Source: Utricularia gibba | Lineage: Eukaryota; Plantae; Magnoliophyta | Direction of reading: 5' to 3' | Length of the DNA stretch: 64,000 bases | Assembly (NCBI GenBank): GCA_002189035.1 | Contig: NEEC01000015.1 | Coordinates: 2,170,001-2,234,000, forward strand | Shown: in pieces, positions 63,710-64,000 of the stretch | Numbering within the stretch: position 1 is the stretch's first letter | How the letters are laid out: every line of letters begins with the position of its first letter | Position numbers and translations under genes: made by a program | Notes under the pieces: model-generated | What the model saw: the letters and a program-made list of their open reading frames with translations, nothing else | What the model was told of the DNA's origin: nothing | Database searches by the model: none

Positions 63710-64000
63710 ATTGTGGGGTTGCAAGATTACAAGGTGGGGGTACACGTACATGACTCCAAACCCACCATTTCTTTTCCACTGGACTCATCGACACTTCCAA
63801 ATTATAGAGAAGCGTCATGTCCCAATCAAGAGCTGAAGTTCTGTGCTTGAAATTAAATAATACCTACACTCTAATCTAAAACTGGTTCCCAAAATCCAAC
63901 AATGAATCCCTTCACTGGCATCCTCGAGAACCATAGAGCTAGCTGGGGCATGAGCGAGTGCTTCACAGCAGGGGGCATGGATGGATGGTGGGAAGCAACA

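Overview
Eukaryotic nuclear DNA from a very compact flowering-plant (eudicot-type) genome. It carries about 25 protein-coding loci in 64 kb, mostly with short introns and short intergenic spacers. In order: a GLUTAMINE DUMPER protein, chloroplast FKBP13, an NAD(P)-binding Rossmann protein, a decayed RTF2 pseudogene, a fasciclin-like AGP, tRNA-Gly(GCC) with an adjacent C/D-box-like structured RNA, CSN5, KAKU4, a RING-H2 E3 ligase, EXO70G1, a coiled-coil membrane protein, DUF1997 and DUF1218 proteins, two tandem nucleotide-diphospho-sugar transferases, an FkbM-type methyltransferase, a small SERF/ZNF706-like zinc-finger protein, FEI receptor kinase, an LEA_2/NHL protein, a Gly/Pro-rich protein, F-box SKIP31, ABCG14, a PPR protein, PMT20/21 and two tandem GRF transcription factors that both keep the miR396 site. 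Many otherwise intact genes show a single missing base in a homopolymer run, which points to assembly error rather than gene loss. The most notable signals are the tRNA-snoRNA-like dicistron with non-canonical boxes, the real RTF2 pseudogene, a GC-AG intron, a possible unannotated spliced micro-gene and an unexplained 1.9-kb ORF-rich stretch. Family assignments come from recognised motifs and remembered homologues; no database search was run. Exon boundaries were read by eye, so some gene ends are approximate.
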